A stretch of DNA of 64,000 nucleotides. Origin: Podarcis pityusensis (taxonomy: Eukaryota). Made by a program: the position numbers and the translations under genes. The notes below the pieces were generated by a model. That model had not been told where the DNA came from and did not search any database. It saw only the letters and a list, made by a program, of their open reading frames with translations. The stretch lies in assembly GCA_964106645.2 (NCBI GenBank), contig OZ067042.1, one strand, 5' to 3'. Positions 1 to 13,105 of the stretch are shown piece after piece (position 1 is the stretch's first letter; every line of letters begins with the position of its first letter).

Positions 1-110
1 GCAGGGACCAAGCAACGAGAGCTCACCCCGTCACGGGGATTCGAACCGCCAACCTTCTGCTCGGCAAGCCCTAGGCTCTGTGGTTTAGACCACAGCGCCA
101 CCTGCGTCCC
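1..110 (-). mobile_element. Sauria SINE 5' part (cut by the window edge)
   Basis: Same sequence as the other copies; B box GGTTCGAATCC on the minus strand. Confidence 0.85.
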
Positions 111-112
111 TT

Positions 113-395
113 TTTTGCTAACTTAGTAGGAGTCAAATACCACCAGTACATTATTTTCATATAATTTTCCTTCAATGCCATAAATTCAAAGCCATAAATT
201 TCAAATCTGATTTCCATAACCTTTCCCAATCTGCCGTCTGAACATTATGTCCCAAATCCTTTGCCCAGTGTAGCATTACTGACTTGATCTGATCAAGACG
301 CAGTTTACTTCTGAGTGAGCAACTGGGTAGAAAACAGCCTTGACTCTTTCCCATATAAGTAAACGTGATCGCAACTTACCTTCACAAAATTGGGG
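113..395 (-). mobile_element. L1-clade LINE ORF2 C-terminal fragment
   Basis: Degenerate frame W..DLG.....WERLW...WYLTPTKL. Confidence 0.6.
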
Positions 396-1344
396 AGGAG
401 GACAGGTTCCCTTTGGCTATGGACCTGAAAAGCAGGCATCACACCGGAAGCATGAGGGTGAAGCAAGATGGATGGCTGACCCAGTGTTCGACTTCACAAA
501 TGTTATATTAATTTTGAAGATGGGGAGGAGTCAGAAGCATCCTAAGCAAAGTGGCTGCCTCAGGCAGCAATTTTCTCGACACCAAAATCTATATATGCAT
601 AAAATCACAATCATCTTACCCTGCATCTAAGGTGTTCACTGCAATTTCCTTCTTTATTTTTTTATTTTATTCTTACCATAAACCTATGTGGCAGGTTTGG
701 TTGAGCATAGGGATGAGGTGGGAATGCGACTCGGTTTGCATTGAAAGGCGAACCTCCTTAATTCACACTTCCCAAAAGGATATGAGAACCTAAAGGCAGC
801 TGTCCCTCAAAATTTGCACTTTTCTGAATTTTGCACTGCAGTTCTCTAGCTAAGTAATACATACAAAAATACATATGTACTGCAGTGAAGTGTGCATAAA
901 ATGTTGCTGAAAATATTGCACAATATCATTGTTTTGCAAAAATGTTTGTGTTGGGCAGAATTGCACACGTGTATTAAGAGAAATTCACACTGAAAAAAGC
1001 TGATTTATTGGCATGATCTTTATCTTTTCTTTTCTTTTTTAAAGACTCTCAAGCTGATGGGGAAATGTGAAGGACTGAACCTAAGTGAGGAAAAACGAAG
1101 AACTGAAGAAAACCAAGACAGAGATTCACACATTCCTAGCTGCCTGAGGTAAACTTGATGGCTGAACAGAGATACATCATTTTTATTCACTACACCACAC
1201 TTTCGAAGACAATGCAGAATGACAGCTTATGGGAGGCTGCTCCAAAGGATAGGTGCCTGATTCCACTATCATACGGAACGGAACTGCTTATAAGATATTA
1301 TCTGCTGGAGGCCCAGGAAGGCAGCCATGATCCAAACCTCCAGC

Positions 1345-1424
1345 CAGCGGTTCTCAACCTCTGGGTCCCCAGATGTTGTTGGACTACAACTCCCATCATC
1401 CCTGAGCTCTGGCCTTGCTAGCTG
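1345..1424. mobile_element. hAT-type MITE fragment
   Basis: CAGCGGTTCTCAACC end plus GGACTACAACTCCCATCATCC shared with 59759-59893. Confidence 0.6.
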
Positions 1425-1803
1425 TGGGCCCTAGCCAAAACCAGGAGCCATACAAAGGAGTTTGGAAGCACTTGATCTCTCAAGAAGTTAAAACCAAAGC
1501 TGCTAAATTACTTTGATTTACTCCTCTGTGTTTACGTGGCCCCTCTTTACATGCAGTAATTTAGCCCTTGGAAGGAAGCAAAGGCAATGTTACAACCATA
1601 AAAAAAAATACACTGGACTTGGTAGTTGTCTGGGACTTAACTATTCCTGAGACTAAAAACCAATGCTTTTGTCTAAAGTTAGCTTTGCTGGTGTGGCATT
1701 GATCAAGCTGTCTAGAAATAGTAAGAACATGGAAGTCATGATGTTTTGTTTATTAATTATTATTTTACCCTTCCCTTCCTCTCAAAAGAGCCCAGGGCAA
1801 AAT

Positions 1804-1804
<1 letters not shown>

Positions 1805-1838
<34 letters not shown>
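1805..1838. repeat. (CAT)n microsatellite
   Basis: Direct reading. Confidence 0.95.
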
Positions 1839-2014
1839 GTGGTTATTTTGAAGATGGAGAGCACTGTGGAGGCATTTCCAATAGTCAATATCAGGGGATC
1901 ATATGCTGTTTCTATGGAAATTGCTTGTGAGCTGGCGGGCGGATCATTACCTAGCTGCTAGGGGTGTGCAAAATCCCACAACTCTGCCCCAAGCACCAGA
2001 CAGGTTTTGTTTTC

Positions 2015-2015
<1 letters not shown>

Positions 2016-2065
<50 letters not shown>
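2016..2065. repeat. (CT)n microsatellite
   Basis: Direct reading. Confidence 0.95.
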
Positions 2066-2069
<4 letters not shown>

Positions 2070-3455
2070 GCATCCCTTCTCTTTTATCCGCATGTAAACA
2101 GGAGCGCCATGTTCTGACAGGTTGTCACCAGCCTCATCTTTATCCTGAGGGCTACTACTGTGAAGTACAACTGCTCCCGACAGTCCCTTTCATCTTGTCT
2201 ACACAGAGTTAAGGAAGAGGCTGAAAGATTTCACCGCGAGAAGCATGTAAAGCCCACTTTAGCATTAATGCGACAACCCTGGAAGAAGCGGAATGAGAAA
2301 GCCCCCAAGTGTGGCATCCGTCGCGGGAGCCTTAAGTTTGTCACAAAACAGGCTGCCTCCACACTTAATGCCGCACGTCTCCAAAGGGCTTGGTTATCAT
2401 ATCAAGTGTTTGTTTTGTTCCCTCAGCTCATCTGTGTTTGTTGTGAGGGAAGGAAAGGTGAAGAAGAAAACTCCTCGAGGAACGGCAGAGGAGCCAAATA
2501 AACATCCTTTTAAAGTATTCCCACCCACCCCGCCTTGCATCGTCGAAGCTTCATAATCTCAGGGAGGCTAGAAATCAGGATTGCCACAGTTCCCCCACAT
2601 CGGTTGCCTCCCGCAGAAGGAACACAGCTTGGCGATAATTTAAAATCAGAGATAGCATGGGGTTAGTTGCCTGGTATTTGTTCCAGGGTTGCTTTGTTAA
2701 CATTATGAGAGTTCCTAGTCCTTGTTGTGGTTGTGGAGCATCTGAGTAGGTTTCCATCCTGGTTGAGGGCTTTCTCTCCCCAACTAGCTCAGGGCATTTT
2801 CAGAAGTGACAGTGGGAGCACTTACTGTCACAGAGCGTTTGTAAATGTGGTTAATGGCAAGATGGCACACAAGAGAAATCTATAAATCATATCATTCCAG
2901 TCCAGTGCATGGCCTGAAGGACCCATGAAGCATTACCTCCTGCTGAACCTGGAGAGGAGACCACCTTGGATCATTCATGCTCCCTGCCTTGAGCTCTATT
3001 AAGGAAAGGTGGGCTAGAATCGATAAAAAGAATAGCCAAAGTAGCTTTTTGCTTTAACCATCACATTAAATTGCTTCAGAGGAGGTTGTTGGCGGTGGGG
3101 GTCAAACCAAGGCACATTTAGCTTAGCTGGATCAACCACAAAAGGAATAGGATCATAGGAGGAGCTGGGATGCAAAGGGCAACCAGGCAAGGACTGTTAA
3201 TAATCTGTGCATACCATCAGTGTGTAGAAGGAGACTCACACTCCCAGTGGCCCTGCACCTCCACATGCAGGTGTTACCTTCAGACAGTCTTCCATGTGTT
3301 CAGAGTAAGTGCAGAGGAGGGAGTGGGTCCAGGTTTCTTGGTCCCAATCCCGATATCCAGCCCTATCCATGCATTCCGTGTGACATATGCAAAGGGTTTC
3401 ACACATAGGACAGGACACACACATAAACTCCTCGCTTTGTAGTGTTGTACCCAAG

Positions 3456-4186
3456 CAGGGCCAGATTTAGGTCTTTTGTGGCCCTAAGCTACTGAGGGTA
3501 ATGGGGCCCCTTATATGTCCAGCTGTCCTTTGTCAACAACAAATTGTCACTGTTTTTTGTGTTGAATATATGCTATGTGGTAATTTATGGACCTAATAGG
3601 CATCTAAAGCCATTTGCACTTAACAAAATATGTACAGTATTTTATGAAAGTAATTGTTGAAAAGTCCCGTTGCTCGGTCCCTGCTCCTGCCAACCTAGCA
3701 GTTCGAAAGCACGTCAAAGTGCAAGTAGATAAATAGGTACCACTCCGGCGGGAAGGTAAACGGAATTTCTGTGCGCTGCTCTGGTTTGCCAGAAGCGGCT
3801 TTGTCATGCTGGCCACATGACCCGGAAGCTCTCAATAAAGCGAGATGAGTGCCGCAACCCCAGAGTCAGTCACGACTGGACCTAATGGTCAGGGGTCCCT
3901 TTACCTTTACCTTTTACCATGCAGAATGTAGGCACCCTATATATAGAAATGAGCAAACCAGTGATATTTTAGGGAGCAGGCTAGCAGGTGGGACCCATTT
4001 CTTACATCATAAGAACCTACACAACACAAAACACTGTTGCTGTATGTAGGTTTTGTTTTATTTGTTTTTTATCTTATATTTTGGAAATGTACATCCAGGG
4101 TTTTTTCCTTTCATTTTTTAGGGGGGCTCCAAGGGAGTGGGGCCCTAGGTTATAGCTTGTTTAGCTTATATGTAAATCCGTCACTG
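3456..4186. mobile_element. hAT-type non-autonomous DNA transposon (contains a Sauria SINE)
   Basis: CAG...CTG imperfect TIRs; 8-bp TSD TACCCAAG 3448-3455 / 4187-4194. Confidence 0.85.
3666..3917 (+). mobile_element. Sauria SINE, 5'-truncated
   Basis: Family core and (ACCTTT)n tail. Confidence 0.85.
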
Positions 4187-4937
4187 TACCCAAGCATGGA
4201 TGGTGAAGGGCAAGGCAGGCAGAGCTGACGGGAAGGGTAGGGGAGACATGTGTTTGCATCACGTTATGTTGCTTTGCCCGACCCAAATCCAATAGGTGAA
4301 CCACAACACAGCAATCTTTCAAACCTAGTGCTTCTCCGGATTTCGCAAAGCAGTTCTCCATCCAAAAGATGTGAACTGGGGGGGGGGGAGCACATGTAAG
4401 GTGAAAGCGCACATTAAAATGTACCTGTTAGCAGAAAGAATGAACCAAAATGAATTCCATTTAGAGAAAATTGCTTGCCAAATGTATACATTAGGCCCAG
4501 TTCACATATTATGATACACGTGGAGAAAAACGCATTTGCATTTTCCTACAGCCTTTTTTAAAAAAAGAATTGCAAATGTATGTGTAAGTGAGGCAAACTG
4601 AATTTAAGATAGGAAAAATCTGAAACTCTTGGATATGGCTGTCCCTAGCTGAGGGTGAGGCAAGGAGACATGGTCCTTCTCCCCTATCTATAGACATGGA
4701 AGACTGTCTGAAGTGGACTTTTGTCTGCCCAGAATCTAGGGGGCTACAAGTAGCTCACAAGTACATAAATTGTGTGGGCCTGGGGCCCTTTTCTGGGCTG
4801 AGAGCTGAGAATGGAGAGCTAACAGATGCAATGACTGGGCACATGGAGCCAATCAGTATGTAGTGACTGGGGACAGCAGACAAGTTCTCAATCTCTACTC
4901 TACAGGTATTTCCACACTGTCAGGGTGGGATTCAATT

Positions 4938-5393
4938 GTTGTTGTTGTTGTTGTTGTTTAGTCGTGTCCGACTCTTCGTGACCCCATGGGCCAGAGCACG
5001 CCAGGCACTTCTGTCTTCCACTGCCTCCCACAGTTTGGTCAAACTCATGCTGGTAGCTTCGAGAACACTGTCCAATCATCTCATCCTCTGTCGTCCCCTT
5101 CTCCTTGTGCCCTCCATCTTTCCCAACATCAGGGTCTTTTCCAGGGAGTCTTCTCTTCTCATGAGGTGGCCAAAGTATTGGAGCCTCAGCTTCACGATCT
5201 GTCCTTCCAGTGAGCACTCAGGGCTGATTTCCTTCAGAATGGAGAGGTTTGATCTTCTTGCAGACCATGGGACTCTCAAGAGTCTCCTCTAGCACCATAA
5301 TTCAAAAGCATCAATTCTTTGGCGATCAGCCTTCTTTATGGTCCAGCTTTCACTTCCATACATCACTACTGGGAAAACCATAGCTTTTACTAT
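4938..5393 (-). mobile_element. RTE-BovB LINE 3' fragment
   Basis: RVPWSARRSNLSILKEISPECSLEG...LQYFGHLMRREDSLEKTLMLGK; (CAA)n tail; TSD ATTCAATT 4930-4937 / 5394-5401. Confidence 0.92.
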
Positions 5394-5767
5394 ATTCAAT
5401 TACATAACGCCAAATACATGTTGTGTGCAATTCTAGTTGCTTGGAAGGCCTCACACAACAAACCTGCTTCATCCAAAGATCAGACTTTTTTCAATAATGA
5501 AAGGGTTGGATGATACACTGGAAAGTGCAAGACATGACCCTCGCTTAGACACATTATCCAACCTCCAACAAACAAATCAGAACAAATCAAACAGCCTACT
5601 TCAGTCTAATGTCCCTGCAAGCAAATCAGGATGGATGCTCAATTAGAAGGTCACAGGGATGCTCCTTTTCATGTTGATAGTGTGTTGATGTATCACACAA
5701 TCGTCCTGGAGGAACAGCCCAAACACCCTAGGTGCAACTCAGGATAGATACACCTTCTGAAAGGGTT

Positions 5768-6088
5768 AAAGGTAAAAAGGTAAAGGACCCCTGGGCAGTT
5801 AAGTCCAGTCAAAGGTGCTTATGGGTTGCGGCGCTCATCTTGCTTTCAGGTCGAGGGAGCTGGTGTTTGTCCACATACAGCTTTCCAGTCAGGTGGTCAG
5901 CAGGACTAAACCACTTCTGGCACAATGGAACACCGTGATGGAAACCAGAGCACACGGAAATGCCGGTTACCTTCCTGCCACAGTGGTACCTCTTTATCTA
6001 CTTGCACTGGCATGCTTTCGAACTGCCAGGTTGACAGGAGCTGGGACATAGGATTTGAACCACCGTGGCGGGATTTGAACCACCAACC
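5768..6088 (-). mobile_element. Sauria SINE (diverged)
   Basis: Family similarity. Confidence 0.8.
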
Positions 6089-6323
6089 AGCAGAAATCAG
6101 AGGGTGTTAAGGTATGGCAAAGGAACTCTGCTGTGATGATGGTGCCAAGAATATTTCTCTGCTTTAAATGGTGGTTGGGCCTGTCAAAATAAGCTCCTCT
6201 CCGCCTTAATGACAAATCAAAACAAAGAAAAGAAAAAAGGGACACTAGACTCTTGCTGAATGCCTTTATTTACTCTCTCATCTGCCCTAGCATCTGCATA
6301 TCCCAAGTTTCAGGGAGGAAGCA

Positions 6324-6325
<2 letters not shown>

Positions 6326-6356
<31 letters not shown>
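6326..6356. repeat. (GT)n microsatellite
   Basis: Direct reading. Confidence 0.95.
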
Positions 6357-6357
<1 letters not shown>

Positions 6358-7266
6358 TAACACCCTGGTTCTAATGGCTTAATCCTCTAGGTAAGGATGG
6401 GAAAACGTGATGGAGGGGTGGGAGAGACGAAAAAACCACATACGCACATACAACTTTCGAGCAAATGGGCTTGAATATTCATTAAACAACATTTAAATTA
6501 AAAACCCCAAACTCTGAAAAGCAGCAGCATATGGCCTGCTTTATTTCGCATAAACCGAAGAGGAGGTTGTGCCATTAGTTTCTGCAGACATAACGTTCAT
6601 TACAAATTAAGTATGTTTTCCTTTAGGGACTGCGCCTCCATTTCAATAAGCTACTATTCCCTGCAAAGGGAGCTTGGTAGACTTTGCATGTGAAGTACTC
6701 TCAACAAAGCTCTTCAAAATGTAAACAAAATTCCCATCAATCTGCTGCTGCCGGGGGGGGGGGAGAGATTGGGGAGGGGAGAAATGAACAAATGAAACTC
6801 TTTTAATAGCATTTTTTAAAATATAAAAAAGAAAGGCTTTCAATGGGCAATATTTCATCATGGATTGGTAGGTTCTGTTATCCTTCTGCTAAGCCCTCTC
6901 TCCCCAAACACACATACATCCTCCCATTGGATATTTTAGAAGCAGTCGTTCCTTGTTGCAGAGTTATGGAGTCCCCTGCTGGATATATACCTGCTTTGCT
7001 CCCGTTGAAAATGTATTTTAGTCCCTTTTGTAAATCTCACAACATTTTGAGGGTACCCAGGAGCCTGAAATTTGGCATGCAAGTAGTCCAACATCAGAAG
7101 ACTCCTGCTGGATCAATCCAAAGACCCATCTAGTCCAGCATCCTCTTCTCCCAGTGGCCAGCCAGAAGCCCCAGTGGGGAAAAACACAAGCAGCACTTTC
7201 CCTACCTGCAATAGCCGGCAACCGGTATGCAGATAGACTGCCTCTGACAGTGGATTCCCGATATTA

Positions 7267-7492
7267 AAAAGGTAAAGGGACCCTTGACCATTAGGTCCAG
7301 TCATGACCGACTCTGGGGTTGCGGCGCTCATCTCGCTTTATTGGCCGAGGGAGCTGGCGTACAGCTTCCAGGTCATGTGGCCAGCATGACTAAGCCACTT
7401 CTGGTGAACCAAAGCAGTGCACGGAAACGCCGTTTACCTTCCCGCCGGAGTGGTACCTATTTATCTACTTGCACTCTGACATGCTTTCGAGA
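7267..7492 (-). mobile_element. Sauria SINE, 5'-truncated
   Basis: Family similarity. Confidence 0.85.
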
Positions 7493-7971
7493 ACTGTCTA
7501 AAAATTGGGACATGTTTCATATCAGTTGATAGGTGGCCATGGCCCACAAGACCGAATGCTCCATCATGCAAAGAAAGTATGACCTTTCCTTGGTTCATGT
7601 TTGCTTTTTGAAAGGAAGCATAACTTCACACTGAGTCATTGCATTGCTTTTTAAGAGTGTTTGAGCCCTCTCAAAGCATGGAGGGAAGAAAAGGAATTCA
7701 GAAGGGTCTGAAACTAGGTTTGTACTTTGCCGAGTTGGGTTTGTGCCTTGCTCTGCTGAGTGCACGCATCTCAACAAGCTAAGCAAAAATTTTCGTTGCG
7801 TCAAGCCTGTAGCGGCACCTGGACATAATTTGCTTTCTAAAGACAGTTCTCCTGTAGTATGTACCCCTCAAACACTCTACATTTTTTCTTTTCTTTTCTA
7901 ATAATCCAAGTCATTTCTGTAAAATGATTGTAAATACGAAACGGACAGTGAAGATGCAGTGGAACAAAGTT

Positions 7972-8338
7972 TAAAAAAGGTAAAGGACCCCTGACAGTTA
8001 AGTCCAGTCACGAATGACTCTGAGGTTGCGGCGCTCATCTTGCTTTACAGGCCGAGGGAGCCGACGTTTGTCCGCAGACAGTTTTTCCAGGTCATGTGGC
8101 CAGCATGACTAAGCCGCTTCTGGTGAAACTCAAGCAGCGCACAGAAATGCTGTTTACCTTCCCACTGGAGCGGTACCTATTTATCTACTTGCACTTTGAT
8201 GTGCTTTCAAACTGCTAGGTTGGCAGGAGCTGGGACCGAGCAACGGGAGCTCACCCCGTCACGGGGATTCGAACCACCAACCTTCCGATCGGCAAGCCCA
8301 AGGCTCAGTGGTTTAGACCACAGCGCCACCTGCGTCCC
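7972..8338 (-). mobile_element. Sauria SINE, full length
   Basis: TSD GGAACAAAGTT 7961-7971 / 8339-8349. Confidence 0.9.
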
Positions 8339-10399
8339 GGAACAAAGTTAGCCGCAGGAATATTGACCACGTCGCCGTTTCTAATTGCGCTTCCTCTACA
8401 GATAATAGTCTGAAAGAAAACCTGATGTTCAAAGGCAGTCTATTAAAAATAGTAAAATGTGAAAAACAACCTTATAAGATGATAGCAAGGCCTGGCCTTA
8501 ACAAAGAAGCCTGAAGTAGGGCAGCTATCACTAAGATTGCAGCCTCTGCAGATGACAGATGTAGCAAGGTCAGCAGGAGATATGAAGGTGTCTTCAACAC
8601 ACAGTAGGAACAGCATTAAAAGCCTCCAATTCATCAATACCTTCCACATAATTGCTTCACCTCCCACAGGAAAAAGGGTTACCCACAGTATCATCACAGC
8701 ACGAAGCTTGCAAAACTCAGCATGGTTTTTGGGTTGTTGTGGGGTTTTTAAATCCAGGTTATGAAAGGCTGATACTTATTTGGGCTGTGCTTTAAACACA
8801 CATTTGTTCTGAAGAACACATTTGATTTTCAAACTGGGAGAATGTGAAAAGGAGATACATAGAATTGTTTGTAATACTTTGATTTTTCCATTTCATTCTT
8901 TAAAATCTTCAAACGAAGTCCTTGGCGAACCTTTAAAAAAGTCTGTAACGCAGGCCAGGATGAGAGGCATCCCACAGGTTTATGGGTGAGCTGACATTTG
9001 AACCTCATAATTTACATTCCTAACCACTACACCACAACATTTCTATCCCCATAGCCACAAAATGGTTCTTAACTTGCAGATATGGGGCATCTCCAGACTG
9101 TCGCCATTTTGCAGGAGAGATTAAAGTGCATACTTGGAAATTTAGCTTTGCACTCTGGCACCCAGGCACAACAAACCCACCTTAGAATCTAAGCTCTGTG
9201 TAAATTTTGTGTGAGCAAATCAGGTTGAATGTTCAATAAATAAGTTCTCTTAGAGAACCCATCATCTCAGCTTATAACAGAGTCTTTGGTTCATAATAGC
9301 AATCCTTTCTGATACCATTTAGAACAGCCTTCCCCAACCTGGTGCTCTCCATCTGTATTAGACTACAAATCCCATCATGCTCAGTTAGCATGGGGTAAAA
9401 TCAGAATGATTTGCCTAATGGATCTTGCAGCACCATAAATTCCTCTGGTTGTTTAAAAATCAGAAAGGATGAAAGCACAAGTCTGTGCCTCACTAAGTTT
9501 ACCAACTCCTCATCTGGAGAGATCATCTGGTTCTTCAAAATCTCCAAGACAGGAAGGGTTTTCACAGGGGCGGCCATATTCCTTTTGCTTGAAATGCTTG
9601 ATCCTTTATTGGGAAACTCCGCTGTTAACAGGATCACGAGGCCCATGCCTGGAGAGGACTCCTTATGTGGGAAGAATTGCGCCAGATAAAGCCCTTCCTC
9701 TTACAGTACTGAGAATGCAAAAAGTACACTGCTAGACCTCTTCACAGAAAACAGTGCACCTCAAGCATCCTCTTCAGGCATTGGTTGAATGTGGCAGAGC
9801 TATTTAGCCTGTCCTCCCAAGCTCACCCTCTCTCATGAGCCCTTTGCATCCAAGGACGCTTCTCAACCACATTGGGAGCATCCATGGCTCCAAAACACCA
9901 CCCACTGCAAAAGTTCACCCTCATCGCAATAGGAGCAGGAGTTGTACCCCTCTTGACTTTTCCCTCAGATTAGGCTCAAACAGGGATTAGGTTCCACAAG
10001 GCAAATGGCTATTTCTCAGGTATCTGAAGCCAAACTGACCCCCCCAACCAGGATAGAATAGTAAGTGGGAGAGCTCTATGCTACCAGTTGTACCACAACT
10101 CTCCTTCTGTCCTAGGCCCTGTGCAAGTTTTCCCCGATCTTCAACCTGTCTTTTAGCTCTCTGCACAGAAGCTGTGCCTGTGGGGGGAATACTGCTTGCT
10201 ACACTAGTACATTCCTCTGAATTGGCAGGTGCCAATAACTTATTTTCTCTACACAGCTACCAATTTGACTTTGCGCCAAATCCATTGGCCCCTTTTAAAC
10301 ATGTTTATTCAAGCCGTTAATACTTTGGAAAAAGGATGAAACATTAATACATTATTTTTTTAAGAATACAACCAAGAGACCACTCTGCTGTATTTAATA

Positions 10400-10641
10400 C
10401 AGTGGTACCTCGGGTTACAAACACCTCAGGTTACAAACACTTTGGGTTACAGACTCCGCTAACCCGGAAGTAGTACCTCGGGTTAAGAACTTTACCTCAG
10501 GATGGGAACAGAAATCATGTGCCGGTGGCACGGCGGTAGTGGGAGGCCCCATTAACTAAAGTGGTACCTCAGGTTAAGAACAGTTTCAGGTTAAGAACAG
10601 ACCTCCGGAACGAATTAAGTTCATAACCAGAGGTATCACTG
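10400..10641. mobile_element. Tc1/mariner (Tigger-like) MITE, family A
   Basis: TA|CAGTGGTACCTC...GAGGTATCACTG|TA. Confidence 0.88.
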
Positions 10642-10912
10642 TATACTGAGAATTTGAGAGCCTCCCAGTGTTGCTGGACGCGTTTCATCATCCCTACCCA
10701 TTGCTCATGCTCATGGGAGCTGGAATTCAGCAACATTGGGGGGGGGGTAGGTGAAGCCATGGTTTTATATTGCTGGAGAGAACGTGCCTTCTGCAGTATT
10801 GTTTAAAGAGAGACTGCATCTTTGGTTTCAGCTGCTGCTGTGGTTACACTTCCCTCTAGTGACAGCTAGCAGAATACAAAATGCTACTTTTAAGTAGAAC
10901 TGCATTTTACTG

Positions 10913-11323
10913 GATGTATGGAAGTGAGAGCTGGACCATAAAGAAGGCTGATGGCTGAAGAATTGATGCTTTTGAATTATGGTGTTGGAGGAGACTCTTG
11001 AGAGTCCCATGGACTGCAAGATCAAACCTATCCATTCTGAAGGGAATCAGCACTGAGTGCTCACTGGAAGGACAGATCCTGAAGCTAAGGCTCCAATACT
11101 TTGGCCACCTCATGAGAAAACTCCCTGGAAAAGACCCTGATATTGGGAAAGATGGAGGGCACAAGAAGGGGACGACAGAGGACGAGATGGTTGGACAGTG
11201 TTCTTGAAGCTACCAGCATGAGTTTGACCAATATGCGGGAGGCAGTGGAAGACAGGAGCGCCTGGCGTGCTCTGGTCCATGGGGTCACGAAGTCGAACAC
11301 GACTAAACAACTAAACAGCAGCA
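10913..11323 (+). mobile_element. RTE-BovB LINE 3' fragment
   Basis: RVPWTARSNLSILK...; TSD GCATTTTACTG 10902-10912 / 11324-11334. Confidence 0.92.
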
Positions 11324-12693
11324 GCATTTTACTGTCTTTTAAACTTTTCCTGCCTTATTCTCCAATACAGCTATTCCAAGCTTGACTTATAAATTTCATA
11401 AAGCTCACATTTTACGAACGTGAAGTTGAGCAATGTTTCACCAAGAGCAAGTCAAAGTTTGTTTTTAATATTACTGCTAGTGGAAGCGAGTATTGGGACT
11501 CTGAACTGCATAAGAAAGACTAACCAGCCTGTCCTCATGCAGTTATTCTGTGCAGTGTTACTGCTGGCATACAGTACTACCAAATGTTTACCAAGAGCAC
11601 ATCAAAAGGTGTGCAGGGGAGAAAGAGGTTAGCATCCTTCTGTCTCAGGAGACAATGAACGAGGGCACCCTTGCAGGGGTAATAAACTGAATTTCCTTTT
11701 TTTAAAATCAACGTCTTCCAAAACTATTGCTTTGATCCTTCCTCTGGAAATACGCATGCAAGAGGTGTAACTTGTAAGAAGTCATTTGCTGTACCAAAGA
11801 TTACCCACAGTAGCCTTAGACCTCAGAGCATCACACATCAGCAACCTTCTTGAGACCTAGCCTGACAGGCCATATTAACCCATATACAGATGCAGTAACA
11901 GGGGAAAACTTTTTTTTACCTGCTGGATTTCCCTGCGAGAAGTTGGAAATCTTTCTAAGCTGCTCTCATGTTGAACCCAAAAAGCATTGTTTGACAGGAA
12001 ACATGACACTACTAAATCTAGTAATTCCTGAACTCAGGAGCAAGACACCTCCATTTATGTGAACTCACAAACAGAAAGTACATTGGCTTCAACAAATTTA
12101 AAACCTAAAAATACACCGGCCACATGTCAAAAAGAAGCTGTTTCTTCTATAAATAACTATTCAATCTTCTTCTTTTTTGCTGTTTCCTTCTCAGCAGAAA
12201 AGCTACCCCAAATATGTTGACACAAGTGAGTGAGACACTTCAAGAGGTAGCACACTGGGAAAATCTGGTGTGAAGGGCTAATTGCCATTTTCCTAGTAAT
12301 TAGGTCCCAGAGGCATCATTACCACATCAGACCCATCAACTGAAAAGTTATTTCAAAAAAAGAAAGTGAAGACTCTTGCAGCTGCTGAAGAGATTGCGCC
12401 AATGCTGAGGAAGTTATAGGGTGAGTTCCCTATCAAGAATGTTTTGCTTCATGTTCCATATGATTTTAAAAATATCCTTTCAGAGGACCCCTTTTCTATC
12501 AGCCCATCTGCTAAGGAGCACCTGAGCGTCAGCCTGAGAAACCCACTGCAGCGTAGAATTTTTAAAGGCATGTTCTGTGACAGTTCAAGTTGGAGGCAGT
12601 GACAAGTCTCTAGTCCTCACTGCTATAACCAAAGAATGAGACCCAGAACACACCACTCTCTTGCAATTGCACACTGCAGAAAGGTCTGAAGTA

Positions 12694-12936
12694 CAGTGGA
12701 ACCTTGGAAGCCGAACGTCTTCGAACTCTTAACGTTTCGGCTCCTGAACAATCGAAAACCAGAAGTGATTGTTCCGGTTTTCAAATGATTTTTGAAAGCC
12801 GAATGTCCGGTGCGGCTTCTGATCGGCTGAGGAAAGCTCCTGCAGCCCATCAGAAGCCGCGCCTTGGTTTTCAAATTGCTCCGGGAGTCGAACAGACTCC
12901 CAGAATGGAATAAATTCGAAAACCAAGGTACGCCTG
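12694..12936. mobile_element. Tc1/mariner MITE, family B
   Basis: TA-flanked, CAGTGGAACCTTGG / CCAAGGTACGCCTG ends; related to 17805-18027. Confidence 0.8.
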
Positions 12937-13105
12937 TAATGTGGAGGAATCTTTCAATGAAGCATGTGTACCTACCATGGATCTCTCAAAAGAACCCTGG
13001 GGTTCCTCAAACTGCTTGAAAACCACTTCTCTGCACTATCACAAAGCATTGTGGGAAACTTTTGAGGCAGGGCGAGAAGAAAAAAAATAAGAGCATTGCC
13101 ATTTA

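Noticed and set aside
1663-2212. ORFs with poly-His, poly-Ile and (SL)n tracts
   Set aside because: They are translations of the (CAT)n and (CT)n microsatellites
9401-9735. Overlapping 81-92 aa ORFs, considered as a distal RPS24 terminal exon
   Set aside because: No recognisable homology, an in-frame stop shortly upstream of the minus-strand ORF, and no convincing acceptor
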